From Enoplolaimus lenunculus (Eukaryota), in NCBI GenBank assembly GCA_030248215.1, contig JASANG010001402.1:496001-560000 (forward strand): a stretch of 64,000 nt of DNA, given 5' to 3'. Below, piece by piece: positions 24,775 to 49,609 of the stretch. A program made the position numbers and the translations under genes. The notes under the pieces were generated by a model, which did not search any database, was not told the DNA's origin, and was given only the letters and a program-made list of their open reading frames with translations. Numbering within the stretch: position 1 is the stretch's first letter; each line of letters starts with the position of its first letter.

Positions 24775-26696
24775 GATGAAACGACGTATTTTTTGATCTG
24801 AACAAACAAACTTAAGCGTTTCAAAGGACAACTGTCTGTATATACGTGTATTTTTGTCATATTTGTCAATGTTCATATATCTTTTATCTGTATAGTATGC
24901 AAACCTTGACACATTAAGATTAAGAGGTTTCGGTGCGAAGTTAACGTTAACCGTCTGATTTGATTCAGCTCTTAGTGAATTCTCCGTGTTAGTTTGCATG
25001 TAATTCGGGTCATGTTTTCTCAATTATAGCTTCTTAAGTGACGTAAACCAGACTGCAATGAGTTCAAAATCAGAAAGACTTATTTGCATTTTACGTATGA
25101 TATAAATCGTTACTTGGAAAGTTTAAATTCGTTATTGAACTAAACTAATGATTTCCGATCTTCAATGTATCCTTACTCCAGTCAATTCTTTGGTTTTGCT
25201 TTAATAAATAAAAGTTATGTCTTTAATTTACTTATTTTTTGTACCCAATTGTCCTCATACTTTGTACCGGATAGTTTTGATGTCACTCTTCTGGGAAACC
25301 GTACTTTGTAAGGTTGCCCTCATTACTAGTAATGCGGCCCATTTCAGTCTTGGTTTCAAACTTATTTTATTCCGGAATTTCGGCGGTTTTTCCTCAAAAC
25401 AGTTCCCAAGCCTAAATCTAAACACACGACACATATTTGTCAACCTGCCGGGGCCAGGGGTCGTCTTCCTGTCGGAATCTGACGTCGCTTTCCCATTTTG
25501 TTTAGGGTTTAACTCTTGCCGATTATGCTATTCCATACGGTTTCTACACGTGATTGGAATTGATATTGGCGTCTTCCAGTATCGGCAAAATGTACACATA
25601 AGATTCGACGAAAATTTTTTAATAGTACCATCTGTATTTCGTGTATACTGTGTTCGAACGCCAAAACGAGCTTCATCAGTGTCTGATATATAGTTTGCTT
25701 CTCAGAAAACTACAAAATTATACAAAAGTCCACAGGTGGTCTGATGCGGTTCCCATTTGACACAATTTGAAATGCTTTAATACTACCGAGATTACTTCAA
25801 GCAGCTTTTACCTCATTCTCAACACCTTTTTGACCTCCGATTTCGTCCGCCTCACATTTGCTGGGCAAGACTAGGGCCCTTTCGTAGTATACGGTTCGGT
25901 AAATTTCCGTGTATTTTCATGATTCATTATAGAAAATTTTTTCCGGAGTTTTCCGTGGTTCACTTTCAATGCTTTAGAATTTATTCCGGGAAGTGAGTCA
26001 AACTTGCAGTCAAAAGTTGAGTTAAAGCTTATAATCCAGCCTCAAAAGCGAGCCAACGTTCTTAGTCAATTTTGGATTAACGCTAAACTTTATTTATAGA
26101 CTAAACAGTGGGGTTTGTGGGTATAGGAAGTATAAATTCGACTTTGCCTTGCAACGTAAAGCATCGAATATCGCTCAAGAAGATAAATGTTGTCGGAAAC
26201 GGAAGCGGACATCAGTCTACAGCCTAATTCCCAGCATTCTCAAGGGCCTGCACAAGATAGTTGTGTAGAGAAAGCAGAATATTCGAGAGGTAAACTGATT
26301 TTATGAAGCAGTCCCTATACACGGACTTCGCAATTGTGATATTTCAATGCTATACTTTCTAGAGCCACTACAGGAATTTTTCTGCAAATTTTGATAAAAT
26401 TCATCACGGTTTTGACCGTTTCGACAATAGTGCTATTTAATCAAGCTGTTCTCATTCAAAAATCAAAACAAAAAATTTCAAAAACTTTCGCACTATATGA
26501 GCGAATGGAGACGCCCCTTAAAGTAAAATAGGTGTTTTTTCAGTACTACACTGCAAAAATGGTGAGTCAAATTGACTCTTTCCGAAATAGGCTTTTCCGG
26601 ACTACACAAACTGAGTCAAGTTCGACTCCGCCAGAGTTTGATTTGACTCACTGGATTTGTCATGAAACCATTTAGGGCATGCTTCTTTATGATTAC

Positions 26697-27062
26697 CTGG
26701 GTGCAACCGGAGGTGAAAAATACCGGAGCCGGAGGTCAACAAAACTTGCCATAGCCAGAGCCGGAGGTGAGACGTAATCACAGGTGCTGGTAACGATGAT
26801 GGTTAACTAGTTGATTTTAGCCATTATCTGCAATATGTTGTTAATTTGTTTGGTTTTACGCTAATTTATCTGCGAATTTTCGGAAATTCTTTCCTGAAAA
26901 CTGCGCCAAAAGTATTAATGAAACGCGTTCAAATAGATAAATTTTGCAAAATTATTCAAAATTTTACTTACCGAAATTTGCCGGAACCTCCGGAAAAAAT
27001 TTTGCCGGAGCCGGAGGCCGAATTTCTGCCGGAGCCGGAGACAGACCTCCGGCTGTACCCTG
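26697..27062. mobile_element. hAT-like MITE subfamily A
   Basis: CTGGGTGCAACCGG...CCGGCTGTACCCTG; perfect TSD ATGATTAC. Confidence 0.85.
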
Positions 27063-27856
27063 ATGATTACAGATACCCTGCACATTTGTATCACAACCTA
27101 CATAAACGTCCGCTACGTCCGGGATTTGGTGGGGCGGCGGGGATCCCACTAAAGTTATCCGCGGGGTCTGGTGGGGTGCGCTGCAAAAAGCAGAGTCTGA
27201 TTGACTCTCCGAAATAGGCTTTTCCGGACTACACAAACTGAGTCAAAATTCAACTGCACCAGAGTCAAATTCAACTCAAATCAACAGGATGCAACCGGAA
27301 ATGAAAAATATCGAAGCCGGAGCCGAGCCGGAGGTCAGCAAAACTTGCGGAGCCGGAGCCGGAGGTGAGGAGAAATTAGGTAGCAAACATGGTGGTTAAT
27401 AATTCAAGGGTAACGTAACATTTCCCCTCATATTTTGTATGTCGTAGACCAATCTGTTGTTCAGGCCAATTGGCTAAGGCCAATTTTCTATTATGCGCTA
27501 ATCGAAGTTTGTCTTCTAACAGGCCAAGTGACAATTTTGAGATGTTGCCAAAGCCAAACAACTGACATATATACCAACGCTGATTGGTTATCGGTAAGTT
27601 CTTGGGCAGTTTTATTAGCGTATAAGCCAAATGCTTAGATAAAATAGCAGATTGGCCTATAGGCCGATTTTTAATGCAAATTCTATAGCAAATGCGGATT
27701 CCACACAGGCTGGACCAGTCGATTCAGGAGTGTTAATTGGTGCAGGAACAATACGATCTATGTTTCCGTTTAAAGTTGATCATGGATTTAGCGACATCAC
27801 ACTTGATCAGTTCAATTTTTAAAGACAAAATCACAAGTCGAGGGAGTAGCTTGATA

Positions 27857-28477
27857 CACTGCAAAAGAATTTTGAGTCAAATTGACTTCCTTCGAAATAG
27901 GCTCTACGGGACTACACAAACTGACTCAAATCCCACTCAGCCAGAGTCAAACGTGCGACGCAGTGAGTCGAATTTAACTCTTACACAGTCGAATTTGACT
28001 CAGTTTGTGTAGTTCTGTAGAGCCCAGGGTGCAACCGGAATTCCGGTTCCGGTTCCGGCAATTTTTCACCTTCCGGTTCCGGTTCCGGTAAATTTTTACC
28101 GGATTTAAAAATTCCGGTATTATAATTTGGCCGTTTTCTTAACTTTGCTAATTTTTAAGAATCTCTTTTGACAGCCACTTGTACTCCGAATATAAGCCAT
28201 TGATGGTGGATTTCACTTCAGTCGATGATGAAAATCTAAAATACAGCAAATAAAATAAATACCTATGTTCGACTAAGGTTATTTCACAAATAATAGAGCA
28301 AAAAATAAGATTAAAATGAAATTTTTGGTGAAATGCATTTTTCATTTTCCGGTTCCGGTTCCGGTTCCGGTAAAATTTTCAAATTCCGGTTCCGGTTCCG
28401 GTAAATTGTAATTCCGGTTGCACCCTGGTAGAGCCTATTTCGAAAAGACTCAATTTGACTCACCATTTTTTGCAGTG
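27857..28477. mobile_element. CACTG palindromic MITE interrupted by a hAT-like MITE B (28025-28427)
   Basis: Outer ends CACTGCAAAA...TTTTGCAGTG; the inner element has perfect TSD GTAGAGCC. Confidence 0.85.
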
Positions 28478-28635
28478 TGTATAAAATATTTTCAATTTTA
28501 TCATTAGGCACGAAACCCAAAACAGCGATGGGTTTAGCTGTCTATTGCTGCGCCCACTGGTTGGTATGAAACGTTTTTCTAGCGATAATCATGAAAACAA
28601 AACTTTTTCGCAGTTTGGCAAATTATATTTCTACT

Positions 28636-28999
28636 GGCCAATGTTTACATTTCGGTGCGTACCAGTAGATTAAGTGTATTCCTAAGCCAAAGCCTATGCC
28701 TAAAGCCTAAGCAAAAAACTTAATCTAAACTGCAAGAAATGGTGAGTCAAAATGACTCTCTCTCGGAAATAGGCGTTTCCTGACTACACAAACTACGTCA
28801 AAACTTTGACTCCACAAGAGTCTAATACGACTCAATTTGACTGTGGCGGAGCCGAATTTTGACTCAGTTTGTGTAGTCAAGAAAAGCCTATTTCGGAGAG
28901 AGAGTCAATTTGACTCACCATTTTTTGCAGTGTAGAATTGAAACCTACTGTTTTATAGGCCCACCAAAACCTGGACGCCCCTCAAAGTAGACATGGACC
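28636..28999. mobile_element. Merlin-like MITE interrupted by a CACTG MITE (28728-28932)
   Basis: Outer ends GGCCAATGTTTAC...GTAGACATGGACC with TSD TTTCTACT/TTTCTATT. The inner element splits the host motif AATCTA|GAAT and duplicates TA. Confidence 0.8.
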
Positions 29000-29213
29000 T
29001 TTCTATTCCGCGTTAATGTATGTGAAATGGGAAAATTTTCGAGAGCAGCATAATATTTCATAGCTTCGATCGGTGTCAAGCAATCAAAAAACGCCCTTGT
29101 TTTATCGGCAAATGGCTTGGGATTAAAGGTCATTACTCGTGTAAAGCTGCGACGACTGCATTTTGAAGCCGAATTCAACGAAAGTCAAATGAGTTATGCT
29201 CAACGTTTGGAAC

Positions 29214-30258
29214 CAGTGCCGGATTAAGGGGTGCGGGCTTCTCATCAAAAGGGGTCTCCCACCAACCGAAATCGACGACATGTTTCACTGGAACAAGCCA
29301 TCAAAACCACGAAATTTTTGGGGAGTACTGATTGCGTTCTGTGGCCTGATTGAATACAAGGGTGTGCGAAATAGTTCTCTAAACGTATGTGAAAGCTCTA
29401 CGAATTTATCTTTATTTTATGGTTTCTGTAAGGTTGGGAGCAGGTTGTTGAGCCATTACCACCTGTCATAAGTTGGGTACGCCAGAGTACGACGGTTTTC
29501 TGAGTGCTTGCAGCTGAAAACGAGGAACATTCTTACGATGTTTCGATTCCATGATTCATGGCCGACAGATTCTGTCCAACGCGCTACCACTGAGACGCGC
29601 CGCCTCACAATTGCTGAGTTTTTAGGTTTTTTATGCCTTGTAAAAGAACTTCAACATTACACTTTATTAAGAAACAGGCAACTCCTAATGCCGGCTAGCC
29701 GGACCACGGCTGAACTACACTGCCACAAATTTCGGGGCTAGGATACTTATATCCTCGCGCATTCCTGCTCTAGGATAAAACTTCTGACCACCGGGGTAGG
29801 CTGACTCTTCACCAGGGGTGTGTAAGGGGTTAAAGATTTTTTACCCGCGTTGCGCTTTACCCGCGGAAATTTATTTTTTAGCCGTCTTTATCCGCGCAAA
29901 ATCTTTGTTTTTTCTTCTGCGTTGTTCAACCTAATCGAAAACAACAGTGTAGGTAAAGAAATTTTTGTAAAAAAGGATGGTCGAAAAAGTAAAAAAGAAT
30001 GAAAACGGAACCAGCACCGTCCATTCTTGGACTTCAGAAAATTTTTAGAATTCGGTGGAATCATAAGTGACTTCTCTATGTGCAATTCTATTCTAGGAAA
30101 GTCGAGTCCTTGGTCGTAACTTTTGTATCATACTTTTGGTACAGTTTACTTCATTAAAATGTGTCATTTTAAGCTCGGTTCATGAAAGAATGATGGTTAA
30201 TAAAAGGTCAAGCTACTGATATTGGCCCCTGGCCTCTCATCACCGTAATCCAGCCCTG
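29214..30258. mobile_element. About 1.0-kb non-autonomous hAT-like element inserted upstream of H1 copy 2
   Basis: Ends CAGTGCCGGATTAAGG / CCGTAATCCAGCCCTG; TSD TTTGGAAC/TTTGGCAC. The paralogous site upstream of H1 copy 1 (about 21861) is empty. Confidence 0.7.
29468..29639 (-). mobile_element. Diverged copy of the tRNA-derived SINE
   Basis: Aligns by eye with 49610-49785 (ATAAGTTGGGTA..GTACGAC..CAGCTGAAAA..GACAGATT..CCACTGAG..GCCTCACAAT..GCTGAGTTTTT..TTATGCCTT). Confidence 0.65.
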
Positions 30259-30941
30259 TTTGGCACCCCTATTGGGTCCAAAAATTGCAAAAAACACTTG
30301 AACCGTCAATATCGCTGCGAAACCAGCGGTATTTTCAAGCGAATTAGGGATCAGAAAACAACACGTCTGTGTTCGATGAATATAAATTATATCCCGACAT
30401 GCTTTTGTTACCTGCCAGATAAGTCTATTGGGCATCTGAAATTTTGCCTGTTATACCCAGCAACTGTTTACACCACCCAGTGGACCGAGGTTTGTACCCT
30501 CCATCATGAAAATTTATAAACTTTTTGCTATTTCCAGTTGAATATTTCATTGAATTTTAAAATAGCAAAATTGAAGTATACATTTCCGTGATTGCCGTTA
30601 TCTCAGCTTTCGATCGGTGTCAAGCAATCCAAAATCCGTTGAGTCAATCAAAAGTTATTACCTGAAAACTACGCCAGGTCCGATTCATTTTCCAGCAGAA
30701 AACGCTTTCTGTATCAGACGCGAACAAAATCGTCTCTGCCCTGTCACGCGACATTTTGCCTATTTCTACGTGTATTTCTCCCGTTCGCGCGCTTTCTCAT
30801 TTTATCTGTTCTTTTGTGTGTTGTGTTTAGTCAGTCAGTGTTTCGTTTTCAATCGTACGTTTTGCAGCGTTTTCTCTCAGTGATTGGACGGTAATTTTTG
30901 AGATTTTTAACGTTTGAATTTTCAAGTTTTCGTTCGGAAAA

Positions 30942-33736
30942 ATGTCTTCGTCTCCAAGCAAAGCGAAAAAGGCCAAAGTGCCTGCATCGCATCCGCCATA
31001 CAAAACCATGGTCAAGCAGGCAATCGTTGCTTTGAAGGTAAGGAATATAATTTGGGGGTGTTCAACGTGTTGAATCCAGAAACTAAAACATGCTTAGGGT
31101 GTAAAAGTTTATTATGGGTAATGTATTTGTAGTTTTAGACTTAATTTAGTTTTGAAATTTTGCTGTGAATTCTGTTTTCGCTGCCTTTGGTTAGAAAAAG
31201 TATGGGAAATCGTGTGTGGCACGTCGTACGTATTATGTTCGATGAAGATGGGTTAGAAGATTGCACTTCATAGAAATTTTATGGGCCCCTTTTCACCGTA
31301 AGATATCAATTAAATTCGCCCACCCCCTTTTATAGTAGGTAGGCAGAGTTCAACCGGATGTTAATTTATCGGAATCTGAGACCGGATATTGCTTTGTTAA
31401 AATATTCAACTCATCACTCATCGAAAACAATTTAACAGACAAATAACAGAATTTTTATGCAACATATCACAATTAGGAGGCCTAAAATTAAAATGACAAA
31501 GTTCCGAGCCGGCTGATTGTGCAGTTAGAATCAGAGCTGGTTTCGAATACGAATTCTAATCGGAATTTTGGTGCACCCTGGTTAAAGATACTCACTTGTA
31601 AAACGCAGTTTTATCATCCGCACCGCAGCCGTAGATAACCGGTAGGTTTATACCGGATACGTATATCAGTTTTTGCCCCGTATTAAACGGGAACTGGATA
31701 TCCGGTCGCACCCTGGGTAGGTATCAGTAAATTCTTTCAAACGGTGTTGAGGTGTCTGTTATGTCAAGGGATGGACTTTATGCCAACAACTTTCTTCAGA
31801 CAATTATTCGTTACTGTTTGATAATACTTTTGTTTCAGGATCGTCAAGGTTCATCTCGTGACGCAATTCTGAAATATTTGTTGGCGAATTATAAATTCGG
31901 TGGTCACACTCCGACAGTTGTGAACAATCATTTGAAAATGACGTTGCGAGCCGGGGTGAAGAATGGAACTCTGAAACATGCAAAGACGTCGACTCATGGT
32001 GCTTCTGGTCGTTTCCGAATTGGTGAAAAGGGCGAACGAAAATCACGATCTCCAAGCAAAAAGGCTGCAAGGAAACGTAAGTTCACCTACCATTGCAAAC
32101 AATCGTTTACGTCTACGCTGTTTAACCGGATATAGGATCTGAATTTGTACTTCGACATGTCAAAAACAGTTTTATTTTTGGAACCACAACCTCAAATATC
32201 CGGTATTGGGCAGGTTTATACCGGATACCGATGTCGATTTCTGCCGGATATTACACCGGAATCGGATATACGCTCAATCCCTGCTCACAATTATTGCGTA
32301 ACAAAAATTTATAGCGAAATCTATTCATCAGGCATCACTTCAATATTAATGCCCCCATACATTTGCGAAATCACCATTTCTGATCTTTGTTTCCGAGCCA
32401 CCGAGGCTCAAAATATCGACACCGAGGCAGGCTTGCACAATACCGCGGTTAGGCGTTGTCTTATTAAAGTTGCCCCGCACGCAATTTCTAAGTTCTGGTT
32501 TTTGCATAGCGCGAGTACTGGGCGAGTTAACATAGGGTCCGCGTTCGTGAAAAGTTGAATTTGGGTTGCAGCCCTTGTCCATCGTTGAATTTGGTCTCTT
32601 TTCCCTAAACTCATTTCTATTGGGATTTCATAACGATAGTGATGGGCGTTTCGCCCGCTAAATTTTTTATAAAAAAGTTATCCGGATGGCGGATAGACAG
32701 GGTATATAAACGGATAGTAAGCATAGCGGAAGCGGATAGTGATCCAAATAACGGAAAGATGTTGAGGTAATAATTTCAAAGATAGATGTTTTATTGATCT
32801 GCCAACGCAATTGAGACGTGCAAATGGGTCACCGGTTTTGTAAACGCTTTAAAAATAACAATTTCGTAATTATATTTCTTTTCCAACAATTGTAGCATGT
32901 CTGTAATGAAAACTTGCCAGATATATACATATATAAACGTGGTTTAGAACTAATTTTTGACTTAAAAATGACAGAACTTTTGTTTTTTTGTAACGGAAAC
33001 GGACACCGATTGCTACCGAAAATTGAAACGGATATCCGACTGCACCCTACAATCAGATAATTTAAGCGTTTAGTCGGAAGTTGATTATACCGGAATCGGA
33101 AAAGCAAATTTATACCGGGATTATAATCCGAATCGGAACTAGAAATTGTGTGCATGTACGGATAGTTTGTATTGACAAATATGACGTTACGTTGGTTTGA
33201 GGGTATTTGGTGGCTGGCAACAACTCAAAAACGTCGTATGAACAAATTGCCAATCATTTTTGGGTTGTGTTAAGCTAAACTAATCAATTATTCACAAGTT
33301 ACCTCATAGTTAAATTATACAGAAATTTCAAATTCCGATTGATTGTGCAACCGGAATTCCAGTTTCACCCTGCTGATGCTGTTTCTTTCTCCTTGTTTAA
33401 AGATATTTCAGGAGCTGGATTATCTCGTTAATTCCTTGCCCTCCCGCTTATGTGCCCCCTTGGAACATTTCACTTAGCTTGAGTTGCACCTATCTGTTTT
33501 TATTTTTAGCAGGTGTCAAAAAGCCCCGATCTCCGAGCAAAGCGAAAAAATCATCGCCAAAGAAGAAGGCTTCGTCGGCAGCTACGGGTGCTCCAAAACC
33601 AGCCGGAGTAAAGAAAGCAAAATCGCCAGCCAAGAAGCGGTCACCATCAAAAGCCAAGAAGCCCGCAGCAGCGAAAAGGGCATCGCCGAAGAAGACCAAA
33701 AAGACGGCGAAGAAATCTGCCAAAAAGGCGAAATAA
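30942..33736 (+). CDS. H1: Linker histone H1, intron-containing, copy 2; 186 aa
   Basis: Exons 30942-31037, 31839-32076, 33510-33736. Protein identical to copy 1 except the penultimate residue (ends KKSAKKAK*). AATAAA at 34231. Confidence 0.93.
31344..31580. mobile_element. hAT-like MITE present only in H1 copy 2 intron 1
   Basis: CAGAGTTCAACCGG...GGTGCACCCTG; absent at the equivalent position (about 22915-22925) of copy 1. Confidence 0.65.
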
Positions 33737-35694
33737 TCAAGATGAAACGATGTGTTTTTGATCTGAACAAACTTAAGCGTTTCAAAGGACAACTCTGTCT
33801 GTATATATGCGTATATTTTTGTCACATTTGTCAATGTTCATATATCTATAACTTTATGGGCAAATGACGATAAAAATTAGATATTTTATCAGTATAGTAT
33901 GCACCCCTTGAAACGTTAAGATTAAGAGGTTTGAGTGCGAAGTTAATGTTTACCGTCTGATTTGCATTCAGCTCTTAGTGATTTCTCCGTGTTAGTGTGC
34001 ATGTAATTCGGGTGATGTTTTCTCAATTACGCATTGTTTAAGTGAAGTAAACCAGACTGCAATAAGTTCAAATTTAAAAAGACTCAGTGGACATTTCTAA
34101 CAATGCGCCTAAGTTCTAAATGTTCGTCCCACATTGGTACAAATAGCACTTTTACAAATTGTCATCCAGTAAGCATTTGTGATCTGAAATATGAAATATG
34201 TGGCTAATTGAATGTTATACTTGTCTTGTAAATAAACATGTTTTATAGAACCGAATTTGGACCATTTTTTATTCTAGATCGTGTTTCCAACTCAACTCAA
34301 GATTACTCATCGCTCAACATGACAAAAATTCCCCGCAAACACTTATAACAATAATTTTAACTAATATTACTGACAACTTTACCAGAAGTTGAAAGAAGCA
34401 CAATTATGCCGTGAAACGGTCTTTATACAATTGTGTTTTGTTCAGTTCATTATTGAATTGTAACTGCCGGTATTTGTAACGCTATTAAAAATTATGAGTA
34501 CTCAACGTAATATAAAACAACATTTTGCCGATTATCCGCCTCAAAAAAAGTCCAGGACTTTATGTTTTAACATTGAAAATTTTTGGCTTAGAAAAGTCCT
34601 GGGGCCCCCAGCAAAAAAATTTGCTGGGGGGCGGCCGAAAATAAGTGCTGGGCCCCCCGCTGTGGAGAAGCCAGCATGGTAAGAACAGGGCCGCATCGTA
34701 TTCCGGAGGGGCTATAATAGAGCTCGTCCATAGGCTTAGGAATACGCTTATACTACTGTTCAGGCCTTCTATACATGAGCCAGTTAAAGCGTAAATAGTG
34801 TTAGGTGGAACAATCTCTTGTTCAACAGGTAAGCGGTATGTTTAGGCATATGCTAAGCAGGTTGGTTCCGATTACTTACATGGTCGGAGTGTAACTCATG
34901 TGTTCCTGGATCTGGATTTGAATATTCTGTTTACAAAAACTTCAAGCACGAAATATTGCTTTGGGTTATGATGCATGCGACGTTCGTAGAACAGCAACTA
35001 TTAACCTTTATACATGCTCGATAAACTCGTAGTCGTAAAAATTTATACACAAATAAATATCAACTACATTCAAAAATGCAAATAGTATACTTGAAACCAG
35101 CTGTTTTGCCACTAAGCGAAATTTTTTGAAGGAATTACCCCATATTAATAATGGGTTCATTTATTTTGGCCAATTTTTGCTTGTTCATACTAGACATTTG
35201 TCCCATGTTAATGTTTGGGCTTTTGTGGTCACGCCCTGCAAATTGACATTGGCCAAAAAAATTAATTTTTCAAGCCCTGCAGCTTAGTCCATATTAAAAT
35301 AGATGCATGTAGCTTATAGATGGTGTTTTAACGTGAACTCCGCATTATGTATGTAAAATTTTTGTTTAGTTTCACTAGCCAATAAAGCGAGGGTATCCCT
35401 CTGCAAACGAGCCCGGAATGATATAGAATGGAAGATGATGGTTTATATAATATAAAGAATATTGTAAAGGTAGAAAATACACATAAATGGTTATATGTTC
35501 TCAACAAGAGGCACAACACGATGCCATTAGTATTCATGATGCAACATACTAGCACGCAAATATTCAAAGCCAAAGTACTCGCAGTTAGCACAGAGCTCCG
35601 TGAATTGGGTTTTCAAAAACAATTAAAATTTCGAAACGCATGAAAAACGTTAACCTTGAACTTATTGATGGCACAGGATATAATACACAGAAAC

Positions 35695-35962
35695 CAGCGT
35701 ACAACCGCAGGTCTGTCTCCGGCTCCGATAGAATTTCTGCCGGAGTTTCCAGCAATTTTGGTAGTGAAATTTTGCATAATTTAGCAAAATTTATCTCTAG
35801 TGCGTTTCGTTTTGTAAAAAAGAACAACTTAACATATTGTAGATACTGGCTAAAATTATTAACTAATTAACCATTTTTACTACCTAATTTCGCCTCACCT
35901 CCGGCTCCGGCAAGTTTCGTTGATCTCCGGCTCCGATATTTTTCACCTCCGGTTGCACCCTG
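35695..35962. mobile_element. hAT-like MITE subfamily A (internally deleted), in the ASAP 3' region
   Basis: CAGCGTACAACCG...CCGGTTGCACCCTG; TSD ACAGAAAC/ACTGAAAC. Confidence 0.8.
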
Positions 35963-36113
35963 ACTGAAACATTAGCACGCAAATATATATGTTCAACCCA
36001 AGCAGCTACAATATACAAAGCTCCATAAAAAGTGACAATTTCACGGTGATCTTGTTTCTTCCGGAACCAAAACGAATTACTCCTAGTCTTAAAATTTTGT
36101 TTAAAGAATTTTT

Positions 36114-48237
<12,124 letters not shown>

Positions 48238-49609
48238 CGCTGTCACCACCTCCGCAATTTGAGCGATACCAAAAATAAGGTATACTTACATCCTTCTACT
48301 AGCCAGTAGCTATTTCTCCTGTGCTTAAATAAGTTTTCATTTCCAGCACGACCGATGTGCAATTTTTATTCACCCCAGTTATATTATACTGAGAAACAGG
48401 TTTTCATTGTCAACAATTAAGTAAACAATTTCTGTTCGCACCAAAAATTTCTGTGTGCTTAACAAGCTGAACCAAACATAGTCAACTGATTTTCAAACAC
48501 AAACAGAAAGTTTAAATGCGCCACTTGGTATACGAACTTCTTCCTTTTAGCTCATCCTCTTTAAGAATTACATTTTTATAAAAACTGCGTTTTCCACTAG
48601 CTACGCAATTTTCCCTACCAGAGATTAACGGCAGAGGTAAAAAATATGGACCCCTAGGAATTTAATGAATAGTCGTTTATTTTATGCATACCCTGTTTAC
48701 GGCAGCAGCGTTTGCAAATATATGAATATGGTGCTTTAATTTTGAAGTTTGTGCCATATTAAACATGTAAGCCTCCTGCAAAATTTGTTTAACAAAAACC
48801 TTTTAACGCTTATATTTCATGAATATCTGAATGATACTTACTTTCTCCTAAAATCTGTACGCATTTACACTATAAATTACAGGGACACAACTTTAAAACC
48901 GTTGACATGTAGCCATAATATTGGTTCTGGTGAACTCAGCTAGTCAAGATTTACAGGATAGACCAGTTTTTATTCAATTTTTTATAGGTCCAGGTTTTAA
49001 ATATTTGCCGATGTTAACTGCCGCCCATCCGGGTGATTTATAACGTGCACGCAAACAATCTGTGGTTAATGTCATAATTTAATTTCCATTTATCAAATGT
49101 TGCTTCCTGAATTAATGTAACACTGGCTCTTTTGATGCCAACGTGTACAGATGACTATTCGAGAAACGATGTTCTTAACATAGTTAGCAGATCGTAATGA
49201 ATTTACTAATGTTTGCAGAACAAGGTATAAACTAATTACCCACTTTTATAGACATTGGCAGATAGGTTTTGATTTACGATAAACACTTGGCTATGGATAC
49301 TTGTAATAAAGGTATTTTGTGCATACATATTAAACAAAATGTATGAAAAGTGAAGTACGTGATGCATGATTTCTAGTGCCGGTACTTAACCACTGCAAGC
49401 ACATTAATTAGGAGGTTAGGGGCTCCATAAATTGAAAGTGTCCCATGTGATTTTGTACGAAAAATATTAAAAACGTCTGGCTTCTTCGATTCGCTCGCAA
49501 TGTTTCATTAATTGGGGAACCAAGACTAGGGCCACCAAACGTTAATATGCTCATAATCCAAAACAAAAACGGGTGTGACTTCTGTAGCTCGCTTTGTTTA
49601 TGGGGTGTG

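Noticed and set aside
24519..25023. Alternative-frame and antisense ORFs over H1 exon 3 (also 33484-33867)
   Set aside because: Shadow ORFs of Lys/Ala-rich coding sequence.
25217..25980. 158-aa plus-strand ORF and coding-like minus-strand frames
   Set aside because: No recognisable domain; the minus frames are interrupted by stops and no splice model could be built.
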